In this document: positions 28,405 to 36,891 of the stretch, one piece after another
Layout of the letters: the number at the start of each line of letters is the position of its first letter
Position numbering within the stretch: the first letter of the stretch is position 1
Origin: Saccharofermentanales bacterium
GTDB lineage: Bacteria > Bacillota > Clostridia > Saccharofermentanales > UBA5734
Length of the DNA stretch: 64,000 nt
Direction of reading: 5' to 3'
Assembly (NCBI GenBank): GCA_038326615.1
Contig: JBBQKF010000002.1
Span: 1,155-65,154 of the forward strand
The notes under the pieces: model-generated
Database searches by the model: none
Seen by the model: the letters and a program-made list of their open reading frames with translations, nothing else
What the model was told of the DNA's origin: nothing
Program-made: the position numbers and the translations under genes

Positions 28405-28752
28405 ATTTAGTGTCACTTTTTTATTCCTAAATAATGTTTTCACTCAAGTTTATTTATTTTTTTCGCTTGATTAAAAATATTTGTTAAGTTATTTGTTTTT
28501 ATTTTTAGTAGTAAAAAACCAATTAATGTTAATAATATGAATTGTTGTAAGGTACGGGTGGCAGTAGTTAGTAATATATTGTTGCCATATATTGTCAAAA
28601 TTATCTATTTATACTGAGTAAACGCTATAGTCTTGTTAACAAATTTTAATGATTTCTGAAAAAATTGCTTAAATACTAATTTTGCTATACTAATTTTACC
28701 GGATTTATTGTATAATTAGCTTGAAAGCAAGATTTATGGGGGAGCGATGATA

Positions 28753-29373
28753 ATGAAGGGATTTTTTATAACCTTTGAAGGGATTGATGGATGTGGGAAA
28801 TCCACACAGATTGATCTATTTTATCAACGGCTTATTTCTGGAGGCTATTCGGTACTTTTACTAAGAGAACCGGGTGGCACAATAATCAGTGAAGAAATCC
28901 GAAAGATTTTACTGGACAAAAAGAATACGAAGATGTGTAGCGAGACCGAATTACTTTTGTTTGAAGCTGCAAGAGCTCAGATTGTTAATGAAGTAATAAA
29001 TCCTGCTATAGATGAAGGTAAGATTGTTATTTGTGATCGTTTCATTGATTCCTCAGTTGCATATCAAGGATTTGGTCGTGCAATTGGCAGAAGAATTGTA
29101 GACATGCTAAATGATTACGCAGTTGGCAATACAAGACCTGGAATTACATATTTGTTTGATATCGATCCTTTAGTTGCGTCTTCAAGATTATCTTTTCGCA
29201 CTCAGGCAAGAGACAGACTTGACGACGAAAGCACAAGTTTTATGACTCGCGCCAGAGAAGGATATTTAGAGATTGCAAAAGAAGAACCGTCGAGATTTAA
29301 GGTGTTAAACGCAGAAAATTCCATCGAGGAACTTTCGCGTGATATATACAGAATTTTTAAGGAGGTAAGATAA
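28753..29373 (+). CDS. tmk: thymidylate kinase
   Basis: FITFEGIDGCGKSTQ P-loop, DRF(I)DSS, and LID region. ATG 28753 is better spaced from GGGGAG than 28747. Confidence 0.93.
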   Translation: MKGFFITFEGIDGCGKSTQIDLFYQRLISGGYSVLLLREPGGTIISEEIRKILLDKKNTKMCSETELLLFEAARAQIVNEVINPAIDEGKIVICDRFIDSSVAYQGFGRAIGRRIVDMLNDYAVGNTRPGITYLFDIDPLVASSRLSFRTQARDRLDDESTSFMTRAREGYLEIAKEEPSRFKVLNAENSIEELSRDIYRIFKEVR

Positions 29374-29374
29374 T

Positions 29375-29704
29375 ATGAAACTAATATATGCGATCGTCAA
29401 TGATGAGGACAATCCGAGATTGATGGCTGAACTGAACAAGAACGGGTATCGTGTAACAAAGCTTAATTCAACAGGAGGGTTTCTTCGTTCAGGAAACACG
29501 ACATTAATGATCGTTGTTGATGATGATAAGCTTGATGAAGTTCTTGATATTATACGTAAATTTTCAAGTAGTCGCAAAGCTGCCATCAATACGAATGTTA
29601 CACCTGCTGCAATCGGTGGAGCATACATTCCGTATCCCGTTGAAGTTATGGTCGGTGGAGCAACAGTGTTTGTATTGAATGTTGAACACTTCGAAAAAAT
29701 GTAA
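29375..29704 (+). CDS. darA: PII-like cyclic-di-AMP receptor (YaaQ/DarA family)
   Basis: 109-aa ORF; MKLIYAIVNDED...GYRVTKLNSTGGFLRSGNTTLMI matches YaaQ. tmk-yaaQ-holB-yaaT order as in B. subtilis. Confidence 0.8.
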   Translation: MKLIYAIVNDEDNPRLMAELNKNGYRVTKLNSTGGFLRSGNTTLMIVVDDDKLDEVLDIIRKFSSSRKAAINTNVTPAAIGGAYIPYPVEVMVGGATVFVLNVEHFEKM

Positions 29705-30714
29705 TGATTGGTTTTGATTCCCTAATTGGTCAGAATTTATTGAAAGCACGCCTCGGAAAAGCGATAAATGAGCTTCCGGGGCACGCTTTTGTTTTTGTTG
29801 GTCCAGATGGAATCGGAAAGACTTCTTTTGCAAGACAATTTGCGATGGGATTATTGTGTTTTAACCCAGGCCCAAATGGAGGATGTGGTGTTTGCCCTAG
29901 TTGCAAATATTTTATTCAAGGGTCTCATCCTGATTATAAAGAGCTGTTACTTAAGGAAAAAGAAAAAACAATAAAAACGGATGTTATTCGTAAAGTTGTT
30001 TGCGGAGATATTCTTATGTTACCGCAGATTTCAAAGCGTAAAGTATATTTTATCGACGCAGATGATATCAACGAACAAGGACAGAATGCTTTACTTAAAA
30101 CGCTTGAAGAGCCACCTGAATATGCAGTTATAATTTTGGCTGTTTTAGCAGCACAAAACTTGCTTGCTACAATACTTTCGAGAGTTATACATGTTCAATT
30201 TCAAAGAAATACGACGCAGGAAATTGTAGAAATTCTAAAAAACCATGAAGCAGGTGCAGATAAGCCGTATAACTTTATTGCAAAATTTGCCGACGGGATT
30301 CCTGGTGTTGCATTACAGTTTTTAGAAAATGACCAGTTTCCCCAATTTCGCGAAGATATAATAAACAAAATGGTTTTATTACCAAATGCATCTAGAAGCG
30401 AGCTTTTGATTGATTATTTTACATATTTTGATTCTAACAAGCAACAAGTTGAGATTTTGCTAGATATTATGAACACATGGATCAGAGATTTGATAGTTTA
30501 CCGGACATGTAAAGATAGTGCCGAGTTTATAAATGATGATAAGCGCGAAGAAATGAAGAAAGTCTGTCCATTGGGTGAAAACTCGATAACAGCATTGGCA
30601 AATGCCGATAAAATTATTCATGCTGCTCGCAGAGGAATTGAATTGAATGCTAGTTTTGAAAACTGCATTTGTTCGATGTTGTTACAGTTAAGGAAGGAGC
30701 TTAAAAATGCCTAA
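29704..30714 (+). CDS. holB: DNA polymerase III delta' subunit
   Basis: GPDGIGKT, zinc module CGVCPSC, DADDIN...NALLKTLEEPP and SRV motifs. ATG overlaps the darA stop. Confidence 0.87.
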   Translation: MIGFDSLIGQNLLKARLGKAINELPGHAFVFVGPDGIGKTSFARQFAMGLLCFNPGPNGGCGVCPSCKYFIQGSHPDYKELLLKEKEKTIKTDVIRKVVCGDILMLPQISKRKVYFIDADDINEQGQNALLKTLEEPPEYAVIILAVLAAQNLLATILSRVIHVQFQRNTTQEIVEILKNHEAGADKPYNFIAKFADGIPGVALQFLENDQFPQFREDIINKMVLLPNASRSELLIDYFTYFDSNKQQVEILLDIMNTWIRDLIVYRTCKDSAEFINDDKREEMKKVCPLGENSITALANADKIIHAARRGIELNASFENCICSMLLQLRKELKNA

Positions 30715-31642
30715 AGTAGTTGGTATACGTTTTAGAGAAGCTGGGAAATCATATCATTTTGACCCGCTCGATTATAACCTTCATCAAAGTGATGTTGTTA
30801 TAGTTGAAACTGTCAAAGGTATTGAGATTGGTACGGTTTCTGACGAGATTATAGAAATGCCTGAAGAAATGCTTCATGCGCCGCTTAAACCTATTATGCG
30901 AATTGCGCAGGATGCTGATCTGATTAAGGCAAAAGAGAATAAAATAAAAGAAAAAGAGGCTTTTGCAATTTGTGCTGAGAAAATTATTTCTCGCGAACTT
31001 GAAATGAGTCTTGTTGACGTTGAGTATTCTTTTGACGGAACTAAAATAATATTTTATTTTACGGCTGACGGAAGAATTGATTTCCGTGAACTTGTCAAAG
31101 ACCTTGCGTCTGTGTTCAGAATGAGAATTGAATTAAGACAAATAGGCGTTCGTGATGAAGCTCGAATGGTTGGGGGACTTGGAATTTGCGGTAGAGAACT
31201 CTGCTGTTGTTCATTCCTTAATGATTTTGTGCCAGTTTCAATTAAAATGGCTAAGGAACAGGGCCTTTCAATGAATCCCACAAAGATTTCCGGAGCTTGT
31301 GGAAGACTTATGTGCTGCTTAAAATATGAGCAGGAAGCTTATGAAGACGCTCATTCGAGAATTCCTAAACTTGGCACTGTTGTTATTACTAAAGAGGGAC
31401 AAGGTGTTGTTGAAAACCTCAATCTTCTTCGTGAAACTGTTACTGTAAGGCTTGATCGCGGCGGCGAAGCTGACCTTGTTGTATTTAAAGCTGAAGACAT
31501 AAAATTCACTAAACCTGCTGGAAATAAAGAAGCCTGTGGAGGAAAATGTGGTGGCGGTGGCAAATGTGCTGGTAAACATCAATCAAAAGGTGAATCCGTG
31601 AATGATTCTGATATGGCTGATATGGCAAATTTAACTGAATAG
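30707..31642 (+). CDS. ricT: PSP1-domain protein (YaaT/RicT-like), Cys/Gly-rich C-terminal tail
   Basis: VVGIRFREAGKSYHFD start and LCCCSFL...GACGRLMCCLKYE cysteine cluster typical of YaaT. Position after holB. Confidence 0.85.
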   Translation: MPKVVGIRFREAGKSYHFDPLDYNLHQSDVVIVETVKGIEIGTVSDEIIEMPEEMLHAPLKPIMRIAQDADLIKAKENKIKEKEAFAICAEKIISRELEMSLVDVEYSFDGTKIIFYFTADGRIDFRELVKDLASVFRMRIELRQIGVRDEARMVGGLGICGRELCCCSFLNDFVPVSIKMAKEQGLSMNPTKISGACGRLMCCLKYEQEAYEDAHSRIPKLGTVVITKEGQGVVENLNLLRETVTVRLDRGGEADLVVFKAEDIKFTKPAGNKEACGGKCGGGGKCAGKHQSKGESVNDSDMADMANLTE

Positions 31643-31652
31643 AGATTTAGTA

Positions 31653-31775
31653 GACATTACAGAATAGTATTTATCAGGCATTAAAGAACAAATATTTATT
31701 AGACTTTATAAAACAAATATTTGGCAGACGATATAGAATCGATATTTTTCAGACATTATAGAATTTAAATGTGGA
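31653..31775. repeat. degenerate 25-bp tandem repeat x5 between yaaT-like gene and ferredoxin
   Basis: Each unit starts AGAC/AGGC and contains ..ATA(G/A)AA...ATATTT... Confidence 0.75.
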
Positions 31776-31836
31776 TGGAGAAATCATTTTCTAAAAACAG
31801 AAATTATAGCAAAAATGAAATCGACAAGCGTTAAAC

Positions 31837-31865
31837 TTGAAGTAATTTTATTTTCGTGGTAAAAT
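31837..31865 (+). promoter_or_regulatory. promoter of the ferredoxin gene
   Basis: TTGAAG, 17-nt spacer, TAAAAT, ending 25 nt before the ATG. Confidence 0.55.
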
Positions 31866-31890
31866 ATCAAGCGAATAGGAGGTGTTTATT

Positions 31891-32061
31891 ATGGCTTATA
31901 GAATATCTGATGCATGTATTTCTTGTGGATCATGCGAAGGCGAATGTCCAGTATCAGCAATTTCAGCCGGTGACGGAATTTATGTAATTGATGAAGCTAC
32001 CTGTATTGACTGTGGTGCATGTGAATCATCATGTCCAGTTGATGCAATCAAGCCTGTTTAA
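31891..32061 (+). CDS. fdx: 2x[4Fe-4S] clostridial-type ferredoxin (56 aa; below ORF-track cutoff)
   Basis: Hand translation: MAYRISDACISCGSCEGECPVSAISAGDGIYVIDEATCIDCGACESSCPVDAIKPV-stop, with two CxxCxxCxxxCP motifs. AGGAGG RBS 8 nt upstream; own promoter and terminator. Confidence 0.88.
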   Translation: MAYRISDACISCGSCEGECPVSAISAGDGIYVIDEATCIDCGACESSCPVDAIKPV

Positions 32062-32088
32062 TTTATAGTTGAATTAGATTTCATAATG

Positions 32089-32121
32089 AGGAGAAAGGCG
32101 TCAACAGTTTTTCTCCTTTTT
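32089..32121 (+). terminator. rho-independent terminator after ferredoxin gene
   Basis: AGGAGAAA-13 nt loop-TTTCTCCT followed by TTTT. Confidence 0.7.
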
Positions 32122-32261
32122 GTGTTCTTGCAGGGTATAAAAATTAATTATAAATGACTATTAGAAATTTTCAGCAAATAGTAGCAGTATCATTATCATT
32201 ATCATTACTAAAACCAGTATTAGTATTAATAGAAGCAGAATTTGAGTGAAAAATAAGAATT

Positions 32262-32427
32262 GGTTCGGGTGTCAAAAGGATCAAAGCAGTGATAGGTGAT
32301 AAATGTTGATGAAATCGCCAAATATTGGCAATTATAAGCAATCTGGCATTTGAAATCTTCTTAAGTCATCGTCGAGCAAAATCTGACTAATTACAATAAA
32401 TAAAAATCATGCTTTTACACCCGAACC
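32262..32427 (+). mobile_element. MITE copy 1 (166 bp)
   Basis: GGTTCGGGTGTCAAAAG...CTTTT-ACACCCGAACC. Flanking direct repeat AGAATT (32256-61 and 32428-33). Confidence 0.8.
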
Positions 32428-32469
32428 AGAATTAGAATAAAAAAGCAGAAAAAGAATATACGAATCGAA

Positions 32470-32592
32470 TAAGAAGAAGAAAATAAGAAACAAGAAGTAT
32501 AATAAGAAGAATAGTAGGAAGAATAATAGGAATAACAAGAAGAATAATAGGAAAAATAATAGGAAGAATAATAGGAAGATATGAAATAATAG
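32470..32592. repeat. imperfect ~12-bp purine-rich tandem repeat immediately right of MITE copy 1
   Basis: AATAGGAAGAAT-type units (AAGAATAATAGGAA...). Confidence 0.8.
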
Positions 32593-32633
32593 CAAAGAAT
32601 TGGTGTGTATCTAGGAGAGGATTTTAGTAGAGA

Positions 32634-33443
32634 ATGTTTTTGTTGAAAAGTGATGAGACAATTGAAGATTTGCAGTTAAATGGACTTCGCATGATTCAAA
32701 AGAAGGATGGTTTTCGGTTTGGAGAAGATTCAGTTTTAATTGCAAATTTTGTCGCAGGAATATTTGCAAAAACAGGAAATGCCAGCAGAACGATACTTGA
32801 TTTAGGCTGTAATTGTGGTAGTATTTCTTTAATCTTATCAGCAAAAGTAGCTGGTTCCAAAATCACCGGCGTTGAAATAACTAAAACTGCAGCGAACATT
32901 TTCAACAGAAATATCGAACTAAACAATCTTAAAGACAAAATCATTTGCATAGAATCTAATTGGAACCATTTGCGCGATTTTTATTCGCCAAGCCAGGTGG
33001 ATTGTATAGTTTCTAATCCGCCATATGCAATTCCCGATTTAAATACAAAAAAAGATATCACTGATATTAGGATTGCCAGAGAAGAAATAGCTTCTTCCCT
33101 CGATCAACTTCTCGAGATTAGTTCGTATTTGCTTAAACCGAATGGCAAAATCTTTTTGATTTTGAGAGCAAGCAGAATGATTGACGTTATCGAAGGTCTT
33201 AGGAAACATAGACTAGAACCGCGCAAACTTAGGATTATTGTTCCTTTTGCAGATAAAGCGCCGACTGCGTTTTTGGTAATGGCTCAAAAACATGGTAAAT
33301 CAGGTGGATTTGTATTTGAGAAGCCTCTCGTGTTGTTTGATAGTCCGACCGTTTACACGAAAGAAGTTGCCGATATGTATGGAAAATATCCACCGCTTTC
33401 AAATGAAGAACTTTATAAGGATATTATTCGCTTGGAGTCTTGA
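32634..33443 (+). CDS. tRNA (adenine-N6)-methyltransferase, YabB/TrmN6-like
   Basis: SAM fold LDLGCNCGSI and catalytic SNPPY. Same relative position as B. subtilis yabB. Confidence 0.75.
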   Translation: MFLLKSDETIEDLQLNGLRMIQKKDGFRFGEDSVLIANFVAGIFAKTGNASRTILDLGCNCGSISLILSAKVAGSKITGVEITKTAANIFNRNIELNNLKDKIICIESNWNHLRDFYSPSQVDCIVSNPPYAIPDLNTKKDITDIRIAREEIASSLDQLLEISSYLLKPNGKIFLILRASRMIDVIEGLRKHRLEPRKLRIIVPFADKAPTAFLVMAQKHGKSGGFVFEKPLVLFDSPTVYTKEVADMYGKYPPLSNEELYKDIIRLES

Positions 33444-33536
33444 TGATGCGGTATTATAATATAAATAATTATTCTGATAAATTCAGAAGTGGGAAGGAAA
33501 ATGATTAAGGTTTATTCATATATGTAAATTTTAATC

Positions 33537-34385
33537 ATGGAAAACAAAATGAAGTATGTAAGAAATTCAATTGTTGGTCACGATGAATCAACGACAGGAA
33601 CCCGAATCAATAAATTTTTGAGTGAAGCGGGCTTTTGTTCCCGTAGAGAAGCTGACAGACTAGTTGGAGAAGGGAAAGTTCTGATTGATGGAAGAATCGC
33701 ACTAATGGGTGAAAAGATTTTTCCGAACCAAAAAGTTGAAGTAGAAAATCAGGTGATTTCTCTTGAAGAGGAACTGGTTTATATCGCCTATAACAAGCCG
33801 TCAGGAGTTACTTGTACGACTGACAGATCGGTATACCGAAATATTATCGAGGCAGTAAAGCATCCGATGAGAGTTTTCCCAATAGGCCGTCTCGATAAAC
33901 TTTCGACAGGGCTTATTTTTCTTACAAATGACGGCGAGATCGTTAACAAAATCCTTCGTGCAGGGAACAACCACGAAAAAGAATATTTAGTGACCGTTGA
34001 TAAGCCGATTGATGAATCTTTTGTTGAAGAAATGAGCAACGGGATTCCTGTACTTAATACAATTACGAAAAAGTGCTTTGTAAAAAAGGAAACTGAGACA
34101 ATGTTCAGAATAATTCTTACGCAAGGCCTAAATCGTCAGATTCGCAGAATGTGCGAATTTCTCGGATACGAAGTAACTAGTCTTGAGCGTATTCGAATAA
34201 TGAATGTTGCTCTTGGAAATCTTAAGCCTGGAAAGTGGAAAAACCTTACACCAAAGGAGCTTTCTGAGATAAATAGGCTGATACGTGATTCGAAAAAGAC
34301 ATCATTTGCAGATGCGCATTCAGATAACGAATTGGCTGATGACCATTCTGATGCCGATAGTGACACTGACGGTGAAGACCAATAA
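33537..34385 (+). CDS. RsuA/RluF-family rRNA pseudouridine synthase with acidic C-terminal tail
   Basis: S4 domain (RINKFLSEAGFCSRREADRLV) followed by catalytic PIGRLDKLSTGLIFLTNDG. Confidence 0.82.
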   Translation: MENKMKYVRNSIVGHDESTTGTRINKFLSEAGFCSRREADRLVGEGKVLIDGRIALMGEKIFPNQKVEVENQVISLEEELVYIAYNKPSGVTCTTDRSVYRNIIEAVKHPMRVFPIGRLDKLSTGLIFLTNDGEIVNKILRAGNNHEKEYLVTVDKPIDESFVEEMSNGIPVLNTITKKCFVKKETETMFRIILTQGLNRQIRRMCEFLGYEVTSLERIRIMNVALGNLKPGKWKNLTPKELSEINRLIRDSKKTSFADAHSDNELADDHSDADSDTDGEDQ

Positions 34386-34443
34386 AAACTTTTTTGAGAG
34401 CGCTGAGATTTCTAATTATGATGGAATAGTGAGGATTCGATAA

Positions 34444-35322
34444 ATGAACAAAGGAAATTTATATCTTGTTGGAACTCCGATTGGAAATTTGTCTGATATA
34501 TCGCCAAGAGCACTTGAGGTTTTGAATAGTGTTGATTTTATTGCAGCCGAGGACACGAGAAGAACTGCAAATTTACTTAATAAATATGAAATCAAAAAGC
34601 CGCTCGAAAGCTACCACAATTTCAACAAAGAACAAAAAGGTGTACACTTCGTCGAAAAACTTAAAGAGGGCACTAATATTGCTCTTGTTAGTGACGCCGG
34701 CATGCCTTGCATTTCTGACCCTGGCGCAGAAATTGTCGCATTGTGTGCAGAAAACGAAATACCGGTTATAGTTATTCCCGGTCCATGCGCTGCAATTTCA
34801 GCACTTGCAGGTTCCGGACTTGATACGGACAAGTTTGTTTTCGAAGGGTTTTTGCCTAGTAGCGGAAAAGAGCGCAAAGAAAGACTTTTGTTTTTAAAAA
34901 GTGAGCCTCGCACTATTATTTTTTATGAAGCTCCCCACCGTGTAAGGAAAACTCTTGCTGATTTTGCCAAAAATGAATGGAATGAAAGACGTATAACTTT
35001 TGGTAGGGAACTTACCAAAATGCATGAGGAATTTATTCGCACAACCGTTTCGAACGCTATTGAATTATACGATGAAAAAGAGCCTAGAGGCGAATATGTA
35101 ATTATTCTTGAAGGCAATTCCGAGTTTTTTGTAAGGCAACCTGCATCAGAAAAAACTCTGGATGAGAATATTGCGATTGAAAAAGAAATGAACAAAAGCA
35201 TTATTAAATTATTGAAAAACAATCTTTCAACCAAAGAAATTTCTGTCGAAATTGCGAAAAACTTTGGCATCACGAAAAAGGAAGCCTACGCACTTGCACA
35301 GGCACAGAAGGATCTTTTGTAA
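34444..35322 (+). CDS. rsmI: 16S rRNA (cytidine1402-2'-O)-methyltransferase
   Basis: LYLVGTPIGNLSDIS, AEDTR and SDAGMPCISDPG tetrapyrrole-methylase-fold motifs typical of RsmI/YabC. Confidence 0.92.
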   Translation: MNKGNLYLVGTPIGNLSDISPRALEVLNSVDFIAAEDTRRTANLLNKYEIKKPLESYHNFNKEQKGVHFVEKLKEGTNIALVSDAGMPCISDPGAEIVALCAENEIPVIVIPGPCAAISALAGSGLDTDKFVFEGFLPSSGKERKERLLFLKSEPRTIIFYEAPHRVRKTLADFAKNEWNERRITFGRELTKMHEEFIRTTVSNAIELYDEKEPRGEYVIILEGNSEFFVRQPASEKTLDENIAIEKEMNKSIIKLLKNNLSTKEISVEIAKNFGITKKEAYALAQAQKDLL

Positions 35323-35372
35323 GATGTTTTGGATTATAATATATTTAGCTCGAATTACTTAGTGACCTACTC

Positions 35373-35618
35373 TCACCACCTGTAGAGGTGGGAGCTTCTT
35401 GGCTCTGCCTTCCTGTACGGTCTTGGATAATTTGGGTTATTACCTTCACTGTCTATATACAGAGATTTCGATGAATAATCAAGTCCTATAACCTTCTCCG
35501 GTGTAGGAATAATAGGCTTAATATCCGATTCATATTCAAATAAAATGGATATATAATAATCCCCGGAGGGTTTTTGCCTAATGGTTACTGATTTTAATAT
35601 ACTATTTGCCCAATTCAT
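35373..35618 (-). pseudogene. tnpB: internal fragment of an IS200/IS605-family TnpB (OrfB) gene
   Basis: The 81-aa ORF contains VTIRQKPSGDYYISILFEYE...VIGLDYSSKSLYIDSEGNN..PRPYRKAE. This corresponds to the middle of TnpB (strand before and through the first RuvC Asp). The N-terminal ~130 aa and the whole C-terminal half are missing. Confidence 0.65.
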
Positions 35619-35690
35619 CCCACCTATTCTTCTCGCATTCGCGAGTAAGGTTGAATAGAGGAGGGAGAATTCTTGCTACATGAGGTTAAA
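35619..35690 (-). repeat. 72-nt hairpin-containing repeat, copy B (inverted), abutting the TnpB fragment
   Basis: 71 of 72 identical to copy A in inverted orientation. Contains the CTT(A)CTCGC-GAAT-GCGAGAAG hairpin. Directly 5' of the TnpB remnant on the minus strand, so probably an IS200/IS605-type left end. Confidence 0.85.
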
Positions 35691-35876
35691 AAAATTAGAA
35701 CATTTTCTAAACTAGACTCTAGCATTATTAATTTCAATCCTACAATCGATTATTTCAACGGGCACTTTTCATCTAATTTTAAATGTACAAAATTAGTACG
35801 ATTATCAAAAAAATCTAATAAATAATAAGTAGTATGAGTTTTGCTTCAATAGAACAAATAGTTTTCCATTCAAAAA

Positions 35877-36809
35877 TTAGTTTGCCTTGCCATTTTGCCA
35901 TTGAATTCTTTCACTAACTTCGGTTTTTCTGAACTGATTCGGCGAAATTTTCATGTTATTTTTGAAAAATTTGCAAAAATTCTGGGTCGACGAATATCCA
36001 ATCCTAAAAGCGATTTCATCCAATATCAGGCTAGTGAAACAAAGCATATGAGTAGCATTTTCCAGTCGAAGTTTTGTAATATAATCATAATAAGTGATTC
36101 CCATTGTGTTTTTAAAATAGAGCTGCATAGTCGTTCTGTTTATTTTGAATTTTTGACAAACTTCATCGATTCCTTTGAGATTTTTTAGATTGACATCGAT
36201 GTATTCCAATACGGCAGTGAAATCGCCGGAAATTTTTGTGGTTTGAAGAACATCACGGTTTTGGTTAACATTATAATTATGATAAATCCGCTCAATATGC
36301 ATCAATATTTCCGTAAAATAAGATCTCGCTCTGCAGGACCAATACCAGTCTTCCTGGTTTTCAAGTTGCTCTTTGCACTTATCCATTGCCTCTTCCAATT
36401 TTAGGAAAAGACTGCTATCTAGATTGAAAAAAGAAGGGTATGAATCATTGTGTTCCATAAAAGGTGAGAGCTGTAAAAAACTGTGTTTTTCGATTAAATC
36501 AGGATATTCGGCACTTCGGATAGTATCGATTGTCATATTCCTGTTAATAAAGGCCGGGTTGAAATAGATGGTTTTCACATCCAGAGAATTTGATGAAATT
36601 ACTTTTATTTTCTTGCGTTCATCAAGACAAATCATTGCAGGTGCCTCGATATAATATGTGATACCACAGATTTCAACGACGCAATTGCCACTGGAAATCA
36701 ACGACAACATGAAAATATTGGCTGTTGGAACAAGAAGTTCAGTGCTGAAATTCGCCTTGATTTCCATTATCCGTGAATGATCAATTTTATCAATAGTCAT
36801 ATAATTCAT
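35877..36809 (-). CDS. AraC-family transcriptional regulator
   Basis: 310-aa ORF. The C-terminal ~100 aa carry the double HTH of AraC/XylS (ITYYDYITKLRLENATHML...IAFRIGYSSTQNFCKFFK). Cupin-like N-domain. Confidence 0.85.
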   Translation of the reverse strand: MNYMTIDKIDHSRIMEIKANFSTELLVPTANIFMLSLISSGNCVVEICGITYYIEAPAMICLDERKKIKVISSNSLDVKTIYFNPAFINRNMTIDTIRSAEYPDLIEKHSFLQLSPFMEHNDSYPSFFNLDSSLFLKLEEAMDKCKEQLENQEDWYWSCRARSYFTEILMHIERIYHNYNVNQNRDVLQTTKISGDFTAVLEYIDVNLKNLKGIDEVCQKFKINRTTMQLYFKNTMGITYYDYITKLRLENATHMLCFTSLILDEIAFRIGYSSTQNFCKFFKNNMKISPNQFRKTEVSERIQWQNGKAN

Positions 36810-36842
36810 AAAAACCTCATTTCTAAAGTGGTTAATACACTA

Positions 36843-36851
36843 ATTATAACA
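36843..36851 (-). promoter_or_regulatory. extended -10 element upstream of the AraC-family gene
   Basis: The minus strand reads TGTTATAAT, 34 nt upstream of the ATG at 36809. Confidence 0.4.
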
Positions 36852-36891
36852 TCGATTTCAGCATCGCTACTAATTCGATTAATTTAAGTTT

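Noticed and set aside
32407-32595. 62-aa minus-strand ORF (LFFLLFF...)
   Set aside because: Translation of the purine-rich tandem repeat next to MITE copy 1.
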